Numbered from the stretch's first letter, positions 51,565 through 63,454 are shown. The stretch is DNA of 64,000 nt from Candidatus Bathyarchaeota archaeon (GCA_963720565.1 CAVRFW010000005.1:288001-352000), one strand, 5' to 3'. Numbers and translations: made by a program. Notes: generated by a model from the letters alone, not told the origin.

Positions 51565-51662
51565 TATTTTTTTCAGTTGTTTGTCAATTTCTGCGATGAA
51601 AGTTAATATTTCCTGCGTTGCATGATGATATCTGAGGCGGTTTCTGTAAGACGCCTGAGAGA

Positions 51663-52325
51663 GTGGTAGCTTTCAAAGATGAGTGTGGCATTTGCAGCAG
51701 GGTTCTAAGAACAACTTATTTGCGAAGGTGTGAGCGATGCAAACGCCTATACTGTCGAGACTGCATGACTCCCGATGTTTCCACCGGTGACTACACTAGA
51801 CTGCTTTGCCTGAATTGCGCTAGACGGGTTGTTTCGCCTCGGGTTGTTTCAAAATATGACGGGCTTTCAGGTCACTTGAGGTTTCGGGGCTCCTTCACTC
51901 ATCTTGTTAAGCTCTCTTTTGCAAGGATAGACGGATTAATTGGCAGTAATTTGCCAATGACCGCATTTAGGGAGCAGGGTTGGTGGACCAATTCCGCTGG
52001 GAGTGCCCATGCCCGTGGATGGTTGGATGCAGGTTGGGAAGTCCAGGAGGTAAACATCAAAGAAGGGTATGTTGTGTTCAAGAAGGTGCGGGAAATGCCT
52101 TCTAAAAGGGGAAAACGTGTCAAAAAAGAGGTCTTGAAACCATTTACGCCCGTACCGGTTCACGCTTCTAAACCCAAGATTCCGTCCAAGACGAAGGTGT
52201 CAAAGCTATACGCTAGAATTAAAAACATTGAGCGGCAGCGAACTGCGAATGAAAAGATTAGAGGTTTCAAGCCAAAATCGCAATATGAGAAAAAGCTTTT
52301 CAAACCTCACGAGAAACCACAATAG
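51663..52325 (+). CDS. Zinc-finger protein fused to a small DUF7662-like domain and a basic tail
   Basis: Four CxxC pairs, then SKYDGL...LSFARIDGLIG..LP..A....WWTN...HARGWLDAGW, then a Lys/Arg-rich C-terminus. Confidence 0.7.
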   Translation: MVAFKDECGICSRVLRTTYLRRCERCKRLYCRDCMTPDVSTGDYTRLLCLNCARRVVSPRVVSKYDGLSGHLRFRGSFTHLVKLSFARIDGLIGSNLPMTAFREQGWWTNSAGSAHARGWLDAGWEVQEVNIKEGYVVFKKVREMPSKRGKRVKKEVLKPFTPVPVHASKPKIPSKTKVSKLYARIKNIERQRTANEKIRGFKPKSQYEKKLFKPHEKPQ

Positions 52326-52353
52326 CTAAAACCAGAAAGAAAGGCGGTTTGTT

Positions 52354-52935
52354 TTGCAAGAAAAGATAGTCAATTTAGAAATTGAGAGAGCATACGTAGA
52401 ATTGAAAGCACATTTACTCAAGGAGAAAGGCAGAATAGTTGCCGAGGAACCGCCCACGTCTATCTGTTTCGAACAGGGTTCTATATGGGGTATGACTCCT
52501 CGAACAGCTAAAAAGCGGATGAGTTACAATTTTTTTTCACAGGATTCTGAAACGCGAATAGTTGCTTCTACCTCATTAGGTTCTGACTGGAAAAACTTGG
52601 GCATAATTGGCTGTGTATTTGCAGTTCTGGTGGCAACAATATGCTGGTGGATTTCTGTAGACTTGAAAGCGTTATTGGTTGCCCACATTGCGAGTGTGTG
52701 GAGCTGGATAGTAACAGTTAACGGTTACATCGATTTCCAGATTGCACAGGTTTTGATTAGTTTGACCCAGTCACTTGCAGTTTTTCTAGTAATCATAACG
52801 GTTCTCGAAGCAGCCGTACTCTTGTATGTGTGCTCCGGGAAAGACTCCTTCGCAGAAGACACATTAGATTCTTTCGTGCAGAATTTTGACGCGGCAAATG
52901 ACTATCTGTTCATGCGCCATGTGGCTATGCTGTAG
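52354..52935 (+). CDS. Hypothetical membrane protein
   Basis: Soluble N-terminal domain followed by 2-3 TM helices. Confidence 0.55.
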   Translation: MQEKIVNLEIERAYVELKAHLLKEKGRIVAEEPPTSICFEQGSIWGMTPRTAKKRMSYNFFSQDSETRIVASTSLGSDWKNLGIIGCVFAVLVATICWWISVDLKALLVAHIASVWSWIVTVNGYIDFQIAQVLISLTQSLAVFLVIITVLEAAVLLYVCSGKDSFAEDTLDSFVQNFDAANDYLFMRHVAML

Positions 52936-53342
52936 AGTGAGATTAACAAAATACCTGAGAGAACCACAATCTTGGCAATAGTGAAAACCTCAAGGATTGA
53001 AATTACCAGAAAAACAGATGGAACGAGCGCTAGCAGGCAGTATATAAAGCCGATAAATGCCAGTCTGGTTTTGCTGCTTAGATCTTTTGTGGGGACTCGG
53101 CCGAAAAACCAGCCTGAAAGCCTGCCGAAACCTGAGGTACAAGATGTGCAGTAGGCGCAGCTGCTGCAGCCAAGTCTCCGAAGCATAGCAAAAACCATGA
53201 ACGCGGCGAAGAGCAAGAATATCCAAAAGGCAAGCGGATTATAGAACCACAAGGCAATGGCTCCCAACAAAATCCAAAAAGAAAGAGTCAAGTTGCCGAA
53301 AACAAGTAGCGACCTCTTGAATTCAAATTTCTCTTGGCTCAT
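52902..53342 (-). CDS. Four-TM membrane protein with Cys cluster
   Basis: Four hydrophobic helices with loop CSSCAYCTSCTSGFG. AGGAG SD-like sequence upstream. Confidence 0.6.
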   Translation of the reverse strand: MSQEKFEFKRSLLVFGNLTLSFWILLGAIALWFYNPLAFWIFLLFAAFMVFAMLRRLGCSSCAYCTSCTSGFGRLSGWFFGRVPTKDLSSKTRLAFIGFIYCLLALVPSVFLVISILEVFTIAKIVVLSGILLISLYSIATWRMNR

Positions 53343-53479
53343 GATCTAAAGCTCCTTGGTACGAGCACGCACCTGCTGTCTTACATGTTAACCCATTTAA
53401 AGAAGTTTCGAAAGCTGCAAAGCCCTTTTGGCGCGCGATTGCGAGAAGAAGGATAGATTTTAGCTTAGATACGCTTAAA

Positions 53480-53758
53480 TTAATCTTCAAATATGGACTT
53501 AACCCAGAGCGGTCGTCGTCTAGCTGGTTTAGGACACAAGCCTTCCAAGCTTGCGATCACGGGTTCGAATCCCGTCGACCGCACCAAAAGATTTCTATCA
53601 TTTGAGTTTTGCAGAATGAACTGTTTGAAGTGGTTTTCCACGGTTTTTGACAAGTTAAATCCCAATTGTCTGGCATTTTCAACCAATTCTCTGTCTAAAT
53701 ACAACACAACATTTCTCTTTTTTCTCATTGCAACACGCTCGCCCTCTGAAACACTCAT
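53480..53758 (-). CDS. CcdA-like ribbon-helix-helix protein whose frame runs antisense through the tRNA
   Basis: RKKRNVVLYLDRELVENARQLGFNLSKTVENHF is an RHH/CcdA pattern. The tail VRSTGFEPV... is the antisense translation of the tRNA. Confidence 0.6.
   Translation of the reverse strand: MSVSEGERVAMRKKRNVVLYLDRELVENARQLGFNLSKTVENHFKQFILQNSNDRNLLVRSTGFEPVIASLEGLCPKPARRRPLWVKSIFED
53509..53586 (+). tRNA. tRNA-Gly (anticodon TCC), intronless, CCA encoded
   Basis: Acceptor stem GCGGTCG/CGACCGC, anticodon arm CAAGC-CTTCCAA-GCTTG, T-loop GGTTCGAATCC, ends ACCA. TTAAAT box about 30 bp upstream. Confidence 0.97.
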
Positions 53759-53934
53759 TGCATCCCCACCCAAGGGCACGCGAGGGGAAGTTCAATGTTA
53801 TATGTTTGGTCATTTTCCATTTTGCTGAATTCTAACCAAGAGAAAAACACTCATGCATCTTGCTTGGCGAGCTCTCTGAGAGCTCACTACTAATCATTGC
53901 TACGCATTGTCAACTATCATTTATTCAGGTAACG

Positions 53935-54025
53935 TTTAATTTCTAATTTCTAAAATTCTAACTAAAAGAAAAAAAGAAATTCTAAAAAAATAATACATTT
54001 AGAAAATAGAATTTAGAAAATCTAG
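53935..54025. repeat. AT-rich array of TTCTAA/TTAGAA motifs forming an imperfect inverted repeat
   Basis: tttctaatttctaaaattcta...aaattctaaa...tttagaaaatagaatttagaaaatctaga. Confidence 0.6.
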
Positions 54026-54149
54026 ACTAAACAAAACTCAAATCTCACTGGATTTCCATCAATATTGGAACAAGCTGCATCTGTTCTGGCGATAGCAAGT
54101 CTAATATCTGCTTTTCAAGCAATAACAGAACGGTGGGAGACTGTCTGTC

Positions 54150-55456
54150 TTGGATTCTAAGGCGCTAACCAAGATTCAATCCGTGGCGCTTATTGCCATT
54201 GTTGTTGTTGCGGCTGTCGGCGGAGGCGTCGCTTATGTTCTTTTCAATGCAAAAACACAAACAATGGAACCAATAAGAATAGGAGTTTGCGCTGACCTTG
54301 ATGCAGTTGAAGGACAAAACATTTTGCAGGCTGCTACTTTGGCTGCCGAACAGATCAACGCTGAAGGCGGAGTCTTGGGAAGAAACCTCACGGTAGTTGC
54401 AGAAGACGATGACGGTGAAACAGCGGGAGACATTGCAGTAGCAACGAATGCCATGACAAGACTGTTTACCGTTGATAAAGTGGATTTCACAGTTGCCTTT
54501 ATGGGTTTGTTTGCTATTCCTCTTCAGGACATCTGCGCTCAGCAAAAGAAGATTGTCATCTCAGTATATTCCAACTCAGTTGAGGAATCGCAGCGTGTTC
54601 TTGACAACTATGACAAGTACAAGTACTTTTTCTCAATGATGCCAAACACTACTTCCGTACATGATGGCAGACTTGACGATCTCATAACGCTGCGCAACTA
54701 CACTGGCTTTAGCAAGATTGCCTACCTAGACCAAGACGCCTCGACTTTTCAAGAGTTTAGGGACTCACTCTGTGAGTCTTTGACAGAACATGGTTTTGAC
54801 GTTGTCTATAAAAACTCAGCTACATGGCTGACTACTGACTTCTCAAGCTATTTTAGCGCGATAGAGGAATCAGGTGCAGAAGTACTTACTGGCGGCATCT
54901 TTGGTTCTCAATGTATTCCTTTTGTTAAGGAGTATTATAGTCGCCAATCGCCTTTTGTTGTTTGGGGGAGTTTTATGGGAGCGCAGCAAGAAAACTTTTG
55001 GGAGCTAACAGAGGGAAAATGCGAGTATGTAACTTTTGCTGGGCTGTCAACCATAGCTGGGTATCCTTTGACGAACAAAACAGTGGCAGCTAAAGAAGCG
55101 TATTTTCAAAGGTGGCATGGGACTCTAACAATGGGTGGAACATTAGCCTACGATGCTGTTAGATTCGTTTTGCCCGACGCCATCAAGCGGGCTGGGACAA
55201 CTGAAACTGAAGCCGTTATCAAAGCTTTGGAGAAAACTGATGTTGAGATCTCTGTGGCACGGCATTTTGTTTTCTCTTCCTCGCATGGGGTAATGCTTTC
55301 ATCTACGTAGCAAATAGACCAGATTCGAACTACATGGTAGCTTTACTGTTCCAATGGCAAAACGGAACCCAAGTGCCCGTCTATCCCAAAGAAATCATGG
55401 AGAAGGCAGGGGCAACCTACCAGTATCCGCCTTGGCGAGGACCTTGGAGCAAATAG
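54150..55456 (+). CDS. Branched-chain amino acid (LivK-like) solute-binding protein with class III signal (apparent frameshift near 55300)
   Basis: DSKA|LTKIQ plus TM helix, AAEQINAEGGVLGR, AYDAV and AIKRAGTTETEAVIKALE. The other frame continues FQWQNGTQVPVYP...PPWRGPWSK* to 55456. Confidence 0.85.
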
Positions 55457-55561
55457 CAAAACGTTGACATCGCATTTGTTATAGCAATCCAAGCAAAACC
55501 TTTTCAGCAGTCGTTTTCATAAATAGTTTGACACAAAACAGCTCCTGTTCCAACCCAAGGC

Positions 55562-58500
55562 GTGGCGCCAACAAAATTGAAATCGAACATATTATCAGAG
55601 CCCAACTTAGTAGGTAGAGAACGCGAACTTGAACAGTTAGAGTCATTCCTGAATTCCGCTTTAGAGGGGAATGGAAAAACCGTCTTCATCTCTGGCGAGG
55701 CAGGCAGTGGAAAGTCAAGGCTTGCCCGAGAATTCTTAGGATATGCAAGGAAAAAAGGCGTAACGGTGCTTACTGGTTGGTGCCTCAGCGAGGCTGCAGC
55801 TCCATATTTCCCTTTCATTGAGGCGTTTAATGCATACTTCGCTTCCGTGGAAGAGGCACAGCTAGGAAATGCTCAGCAGCCCGGATCTAAGATTGGAGAA
55901 GCTGTGCAAATTGAAGAGCGAGAAATAGCTGCTCTGCTATCTGGACCGAGACAAGTGGATAAAGCTGGAAGGGTCGAACCTCTTTCGCCTCAGGTTTGGA
56001 AGACCCAAGCATTTGACCGGGTTGCAAAAACCCTCCTAACAATATCCTTTGAAAGACCTCTTGTTCTCTTCTTGGATGATGTTCACTGGGCGGACTCGGC
56101 CTCCCTTGCACTTCTGCACTATATTTCGCGCATCGTGAATAATTCTGAAAAAATCCTGGTTTTGGCGACTTTCAGAAGAGAAGAAGTCACAGCAGACGAG
56201 GAAGGGCGTCCGCATCCGCTTGAAGAGGAAATGCGGGCGATGAGCCGCGAAGACCTCCATTCAGAAATCAAGCTGACAAATCTCAGCCAAGCCGACTTTT
56301 CCGTGATTGCCCAAAACATGTTGGGCGATCCAGTTCAGCGGGAGTTGGTCGAGAGGCTAATAAAAGAAGGCAATGGTAACGCGTTGTTTTTAGTTGAGTC
56401 TTTGAGGATGCTGGCTGAGCGAAAGGGACTTGTTCAGGAAAATAATGAATGGCGATTGTCGGTGGATGATTTTGGCATTCCCTCCAAAATTAGGGACATT
56501 ATCTTACGCAGATTGGCTGTGCTAAACTATGCGCAGAGGAGAGTTCTTGATGCAGCATCTGTCATCGGGGAGAAATTCAACGTGGAATTGCTTGCCTCAG
56601 TTCTCAACCAAGAGAGCTTGGAAGTGCTGGACATTTTGAACTTTATCGCTCAATCAACCGCTATTGTTAACGACGAGGAAGACTTTTACAGGTTTGACCA
56701 TGCAAGGTCAAGGGAAGTTCTGTATGAAGCGCTTTCTTTGTCCTTGAGGAAAGGGTATCACGCCAGGGTTGCCGAGAGGCTGGAAAGCACTAATAAGAGC
56801 GGGAAGTTGCCTTCTGCTGATTTAGCCTACCATTATGCGCAATCAGGAAATGATGAGAAAGCAGTAAGGTATTCTTTATTGGCTGGACAGGAGGCTTTGG
56901 TGAGATCCAGCAATAGAGAGGCCACAAACAAGTTTTGAATATGTCATCCGAAAAATCGGAGAAAACACGGAGTCTTTTGGCTGATAAAACCGTTGCTCTG
57001 GAGGGATTAGGTGATGCACTCTATGGCGATAACAAGTTCCTAGAAGCGAGGAAAACATTCGAGAAACTCGCTAAACTCCAAAATGGCAAGCCTAGACTAA
57101 GAGCTTTAAGAAAGGCAGTTGTAGCCGCTTTCTACCAGATCGATATACCAAAGATTCAAGAACTGACCGAAATGGCTGAAACCATTGCTGCCGCTGATCG
57201 TGTCGAGGCAGCAAGAATACTAGATCACAAGGGGCGGATTGCTGGATTACAGGGGAATCTCGAGTATTGTCTCAAGCAGGTGAAAGACTCGATTGGAGTC
57301 TATGAAGAAGAGTATTCTCTGCCCGATGCTGCCTGGGATCTCTTTGCACTCAGTTTCGGGGAAGCTTCGTTCGGAGAATTGGAGAGAGGAGTTGTGGCAG
57401 CTCTACAGGTCTCTCGCTCTGTACGAAACCCTTGGGGACGTCCATTCCCAGCTAGAAGCATACCTCTTTGCAGGTTGGTGCTTTGATTTCTGTACACTCG
57501 AAGAAGAAGCAGTCAAAATGTATTTGAAGATTATTGAGATTGACAGCAAATTCAAGCTAAATGATTATGTCCGCTTAATTCCAGCATATACTGGATTGGC
57601 ATATAACTGGCTTATGAACAAGCCCCAACAAGCAGATGCCATGATTGGAAAAGCGCTTGAATATTGTGAAAAGAGCGAAAACCCAAGAATTGCAGGAGTC
57701 TATCAATTCCTCGTTGTAAAGAGCATGATTGACGGAGATGTCGCCAAGGGAGAAGAGTATTTTGAAAAACTTCAACATCTGCCCCGGATGGCTTTGAGCA
57801 GTCAAACTGCAATTATTACATCTGAACAGACAAAAGCCATGTATTTTGCGGGGAAAAATCAATTCTCGGAAGCAGAGGAGTGTTTTCAGAAACATTTTGC
57901 TTACCTCAGGAAACATTTAGCGAGTCCAGGGATGGAAGCGGGTGCTATGGGCTTTTACTGGTGGCTCTTAAACAAGCAAGGCAGAATGAAAGAGGCAGAA
58001 ACAACGCTTAAACAAATAAATGCGTTAACCGAGAATGCACAAAAGAAGTTTGCCCATGTGAGTGTTCACAGCAGCCTTATGACTTTCACACATCCCGAAG
58101 TCAACCAAATTTTTGAAATTAGACTTGACTTGGTCAATCCTTCCAAGGCTCAAGGTTCCATTATCAGAGTAGAGAACTTTATCGTTCCAGAACTTCAGAC
58201 TTTAGAGGTATCACCGAATTGCTTTGTTCGTGATGTAAATGTTGAGTTTAAAGACAACGTCATTAAGCCTTTTGAAGTCAAAACAGCCATCCTGACTGTA
58301 AGAGCGCAAAAACCTGAAGTGTTCAATCTCATTCCAACAGTTGCTTATGTGGATGATTTGGGAAAGACAAAAACATCGAGTTGCAGAAATTTCACTATAA
58401 CCGTCAAGCCACTGCCTCAAGCAGCAGTTCAACCAGAATTTGAAATTCTGCCGGGGCGAGTTCCAACAGGCTTTTCAGACCTTGACGCTTTACTTCATGG

Positions 58501-59125
58501 TGGCATACCGGAACACTATGCCATAATACTCACGTCACCTTCAACAAACGAAAAAGAACTGATAGTCAAGAAATTTCTTGAAACAGGAGTCTCCGCTAAC
58601 GAAATAGTATTCGATATTACAACAGATGCGGCAGCAGGCAAAGAATTAGCCGAAAAGCACCCGTCAAAATTCTATTTGTTGCTCTGCAACCCCCAAGCCG
58701 ACGCCATGATCCAATCCGCACCTAACATCTCCAAAATTAAAGGCGTAGAAAACCTTACAGAAATTGACATCGCACTAACGAAAGCTTTCAGAACACTGAA
58801 CCCTTCGGCGAAAGGTCCGAAGAGAATCTGCATCGAAATAGTTTCAGACGTTCTGCTTCAACACCACGCCATCAACACTAGAAGATGGCTAAGCGCTCTC
58901 CTGCCAACGCTGAAATCAAAAGGCTTCACCATTCTAGCAGTTATTGACCCGCAGATGCATCCGCCTGAAGAGTTGCAGTCTATTGTTGGCATTTTTGACG
59001 GAGAAATACGGGTCACCGAGAAGGAAACGCCTGAAGGCATCAAACAGACGTTGAGAGTTCGGAAACTGCTTAATCAGAAATATTTGGACAAAGAGATAGT
59101 TCTCGCCAAGGAGAGTCTATCTTAG
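55562..59125 (+). CDS. STAND-type NTPase - TPR repeats - Ig-like domain - inactivated KaiC/RecA-fold fusion (frameshifts near 56935, 56978, 57406)
   Basis: LVGRERELEQL, Walker A GEAGSGKS, Walker B LFLDDVHWAD, GNALFLVE, YRFDH, helical repeats, beta-rich IRLDLVN...PTVAYVDDLG, then RVPTGFSDLDALLHGGIP. Three +1 shifts rejoin the ORFs. Confidence 0.75.
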
Positions 59126-59297
59126 TGTGTTTTGTCATTTTCTGATTTGATTGCTATTCTGTTCCGGAGCCCCAGCAAACCCTCAGAGTGTGATATTTAT
59201 TCTTTCAGGTCTATAGACTTGTCACCTTTTTGGGTCTACCCCCATTTGGTCTCATCGGAGGGTTGTTTTCCGAAATAAAGGTGTTTGTGAGGAGTGT

Positions 59298-59830
59298 TTA
59301 GCGCCCTATCTTGCCCCCGAATTGGTGTAAAATGGTGATAAGCCTTATTTTCAGATTTGAGGCAGATTTGAAGCGAACACTGCAACTTCTTCTCCTTGCA
59401 CCAACCGCCCTTCTCAAACCTGCAGATACTTCGTCTTGCATGCCAGCTTCATCGTGTTTTCGTCTCAGTTCCACATGCTCTGCCTCGATACGCCTACAAT
59501 CTACGCACTCGGCAAAGCGTTTCTGATAGATGCCAGATGCCTGAATTATACTCCTTAGACGTGCAATCTCCGTCTTAGATAACTCCTCGCTCTCCGAGGC
59601 GTTCATGCATCCGCCAGCTTCAGGAGAGCCTTTTCGACGCTGTGCAGCCTAAAGGGCAACGGCAAATCCAAACGAGAAGTTGTTGTTACACTTGAATTTG
59701 CGGATGTAACAACTTCTAATCCCAAACGCGCAATCTTCATGCTTACGCACTCTCTGGATTTGCCCATGATGCGCGATATGGCTCGTGCTGCGCGCGCACA
59801 AGCTTTCAATTCCCCTTTTTTAGTCCGTAA
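59298..59830 (-). pseudogene. Decayed HTH + coiled-coil gene of a mobile-element-associated type
   Basis: ISRIMGKSRECVSMKIARLGLEVV...LHSVEKALLKLADA and ...KTEIARLRSIIQASGIYQ...RRIEAE read as one protein split at 59603-59606, with a degraded N-terminus. The family link is from memory. Confidence 0.45.
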
Positions 59831-60026
59831 CAAACAATCCGAGCAACAAGCATCAAGAGGAGAAGATAGGCTGAATGGGCTCTGGATTAAACTCACGATG
59901 GCTTCGTAGTAGCCTTCGAAAAACATTCTCCTATTCTCCTTTCGGGCAGAAGCGCGCGCTGGGAGACGATCTTCTCTTTTTGCAGTAATCCTCACGAGAG
60001 GTCGGTCTAAATTCCGTATTGCTTAG

Positions 60027-61560
<1,534 letters not shown>

Positions 61561-61623
61561 GGAATAAAAACCGCTAATTCAGCTTTAGTTTACTTCTGAC
61601 AAACGTCTTTCAATGCCAACTAG

Positions 61624-63454
61624 CTATGATAAGGAAACATACTTTCGCAATTCTTTTGCGACGTTCGATATTCCAAGTTTGCTCAGCGTTGCTTTTTTGG
61701 GTACTCCTCGCTGGTCCCAGCCTCTCTTCTTGTAGTAGTTTTGCAGCATAATATCAAATCTTGCAGGGTCAAGCATAGAGCCTTTCATCGGTCCCTTCGT
61801 AAGCGGTTCCTTGAACCATCTCGGGGGTGGAACATCCATCTCTTTTGTCCATTCTCGGTTGTACTCGCGTATCCAGAAAGCTCTGATTATTGTCAGTACT
61901 CTGTCCGCGATGTAGTTCAGCGCATTCCATGTTAACTCCGTTCCAGTTGCAGCGAACAGAAACTTTGGATACCATTCAATCTCCAAGCCGAGTTGAGCGA
62001 GGGGAAAACGGCACAAGGTCAAATATTCAAGAATTCCTCCGCGGACACGCTGTAACTCGATGAGTTTGTCAACTTTGTCTTCACCATAACTTTCCCGTCC
62101 TTCCTTGACTTCCCAGCCAATTATCCACGCATCCTTGTGATGAGCTCCGATTGAGCTGGTGGAATAAGACAATGCCATAGCAGGAGCGGCATGACAATCG
62201 TAGGCACTTATCTCCAAACCCTTTACATGCATTGCCCAATCTGCTGATCCATGTCCAATTTTTGCTAGCAGCTGCTTGTACGCCATCAGCGAGAACATCG
62301 CCAAAACCGCGTCTATAAGCAATGTCTTCAATCAAAGCCTTGGCTTCCTGGAATTTTCCCCAATGGAGCTTCTCGGGGATTCGTTTCTTCTGGGAGGTTT
62401 CTATTGCGAACCCCAGAACGTTACCCAGAGAGATAGCATCTAATCCAAGCTCGTCTGCGATACGATTCAAAGTTGCTACTTGCTTGATATTCCCCAATCC
62501 GATGTTAGAACCAAGCATAACCACGTTTTCGTAGTCAAGTTCAGCCTCTTTTTTTTCAGAGTCTGTAACCACGTTTCCACACGTCATGTTGCAGGATGGG
62601 CAGCCTCTGTTTGAAACCTTGATTCTTTCCATGGCGAATCCCCCTATTTTCTGGGCTTCGTCAAAGACGCCTTCGCTGAAATTACAGGTCGGCAGAACGC
62701 TGTTTTCCTGGCTCCATTCAACAGTGGACATTGTACCTTGCTGTTTCCAAAAAGCATAGTTTGGTTTTGTCAGGATTTCCCTATAGCCTTCAGCGCTTAA
62801 GTCGTTCAATTCTTTCGGATAGGCGGTTGGTATATCCTCAGAACCTTGAAACACCACAGCCTTTAGATTCTTGGAACCCATGACTGCTCCCATTCCAGGT
62901 CTTCCGCCGGCGCGCCCTTCTTGAGAGATTACGGTGGCAAACTTTACGAGGTTCTCTCCTCCCGGACCAATGCTGACAAATCCCGCGTTGCGTTCGTTAG
63001 AGCTCCTTAGCCGAGCTTCGGTTTCGAAAGTACTTAAACCCCAAAAATCTTGGGCTTCCAGAAACTCTGTGACCTTGTTTTCTATGTGTAGAATTACAGG
63101 CGTTTTTGCTTTTCCTTCAATTATTACCGCGTCGAATCCGGCTTTACGCATATGAAGAGCAGCGTTGGTTCCTATGTTTCCATCTCCATAGCCGCCTGTT
63201 AGAGGACTCTTAGCGGCAACAACAAGTTTGCCGCTGTTGGGTAAACCCAAACCCGTTAGAGGGCCAGCAGCGAAGATTAGCTTGTTTTCCGGTGATAGCG
63301 GGTCTGTTCCAGGCTTAAGTTGGTCCCAGAGAATCTTGGCGGCGAAGCCTCTGCCCCCGATAAAATTCAAGGCTAAGCTCGAATCATATGATTCCGCTAC
63401 TGCCTTGTTCTTGCTCAGGTTGATTCTTAGAAAAACACCAGTCCAACCGAACAA
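61624..63454 (-). CDS. aor: Tungsten-dependent aldehyde:ferredoxin oxidoreductase (apparent frameshift at 62259-62263)
   Basis: KSPLTGG, GMGAVMGSKNLKA, CPSCNMTC, DELGLDAIS, MHVKGLE, LCRF and YYKKRGWD. Confidence 0.9.

Larger units (their letters stand above)
53587..59995. mobile_element. Degenerate tRNA-Gly-anchored genomic island
   Basis: Starts at the tRNA 3' end. RHH gene and AT-rich repeats on the left, decayed HTH/coiled-coil gene on the right, accessory cargo between, and housekeeping proS resumes after. No attR or integrase seen. Confidence 0.5.

Noticed and set aside
53509..53586. Intron-containing or split tRNA
   Set aside because: The cloverleaf is complete and contiguous with no bulge-helix-bulge insertion.
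53480..53758. Complete CcdAB toxin-antitoxin module
   Set aside because: No toxin ORF adjacent on either side.
53935..54025. CRISPR array or leader
   Set aside because: No 24-40 bp repeats with unique spacers, and no cas genes anywhere in the window.
55562..56938. BREX or Avs anti-phage ATPase
   Set aside because: No pglX/pglZ or other defence genes nearby, and no nuclease or other effector domain recognised. Motifs fit the COG3899-like STAND group.
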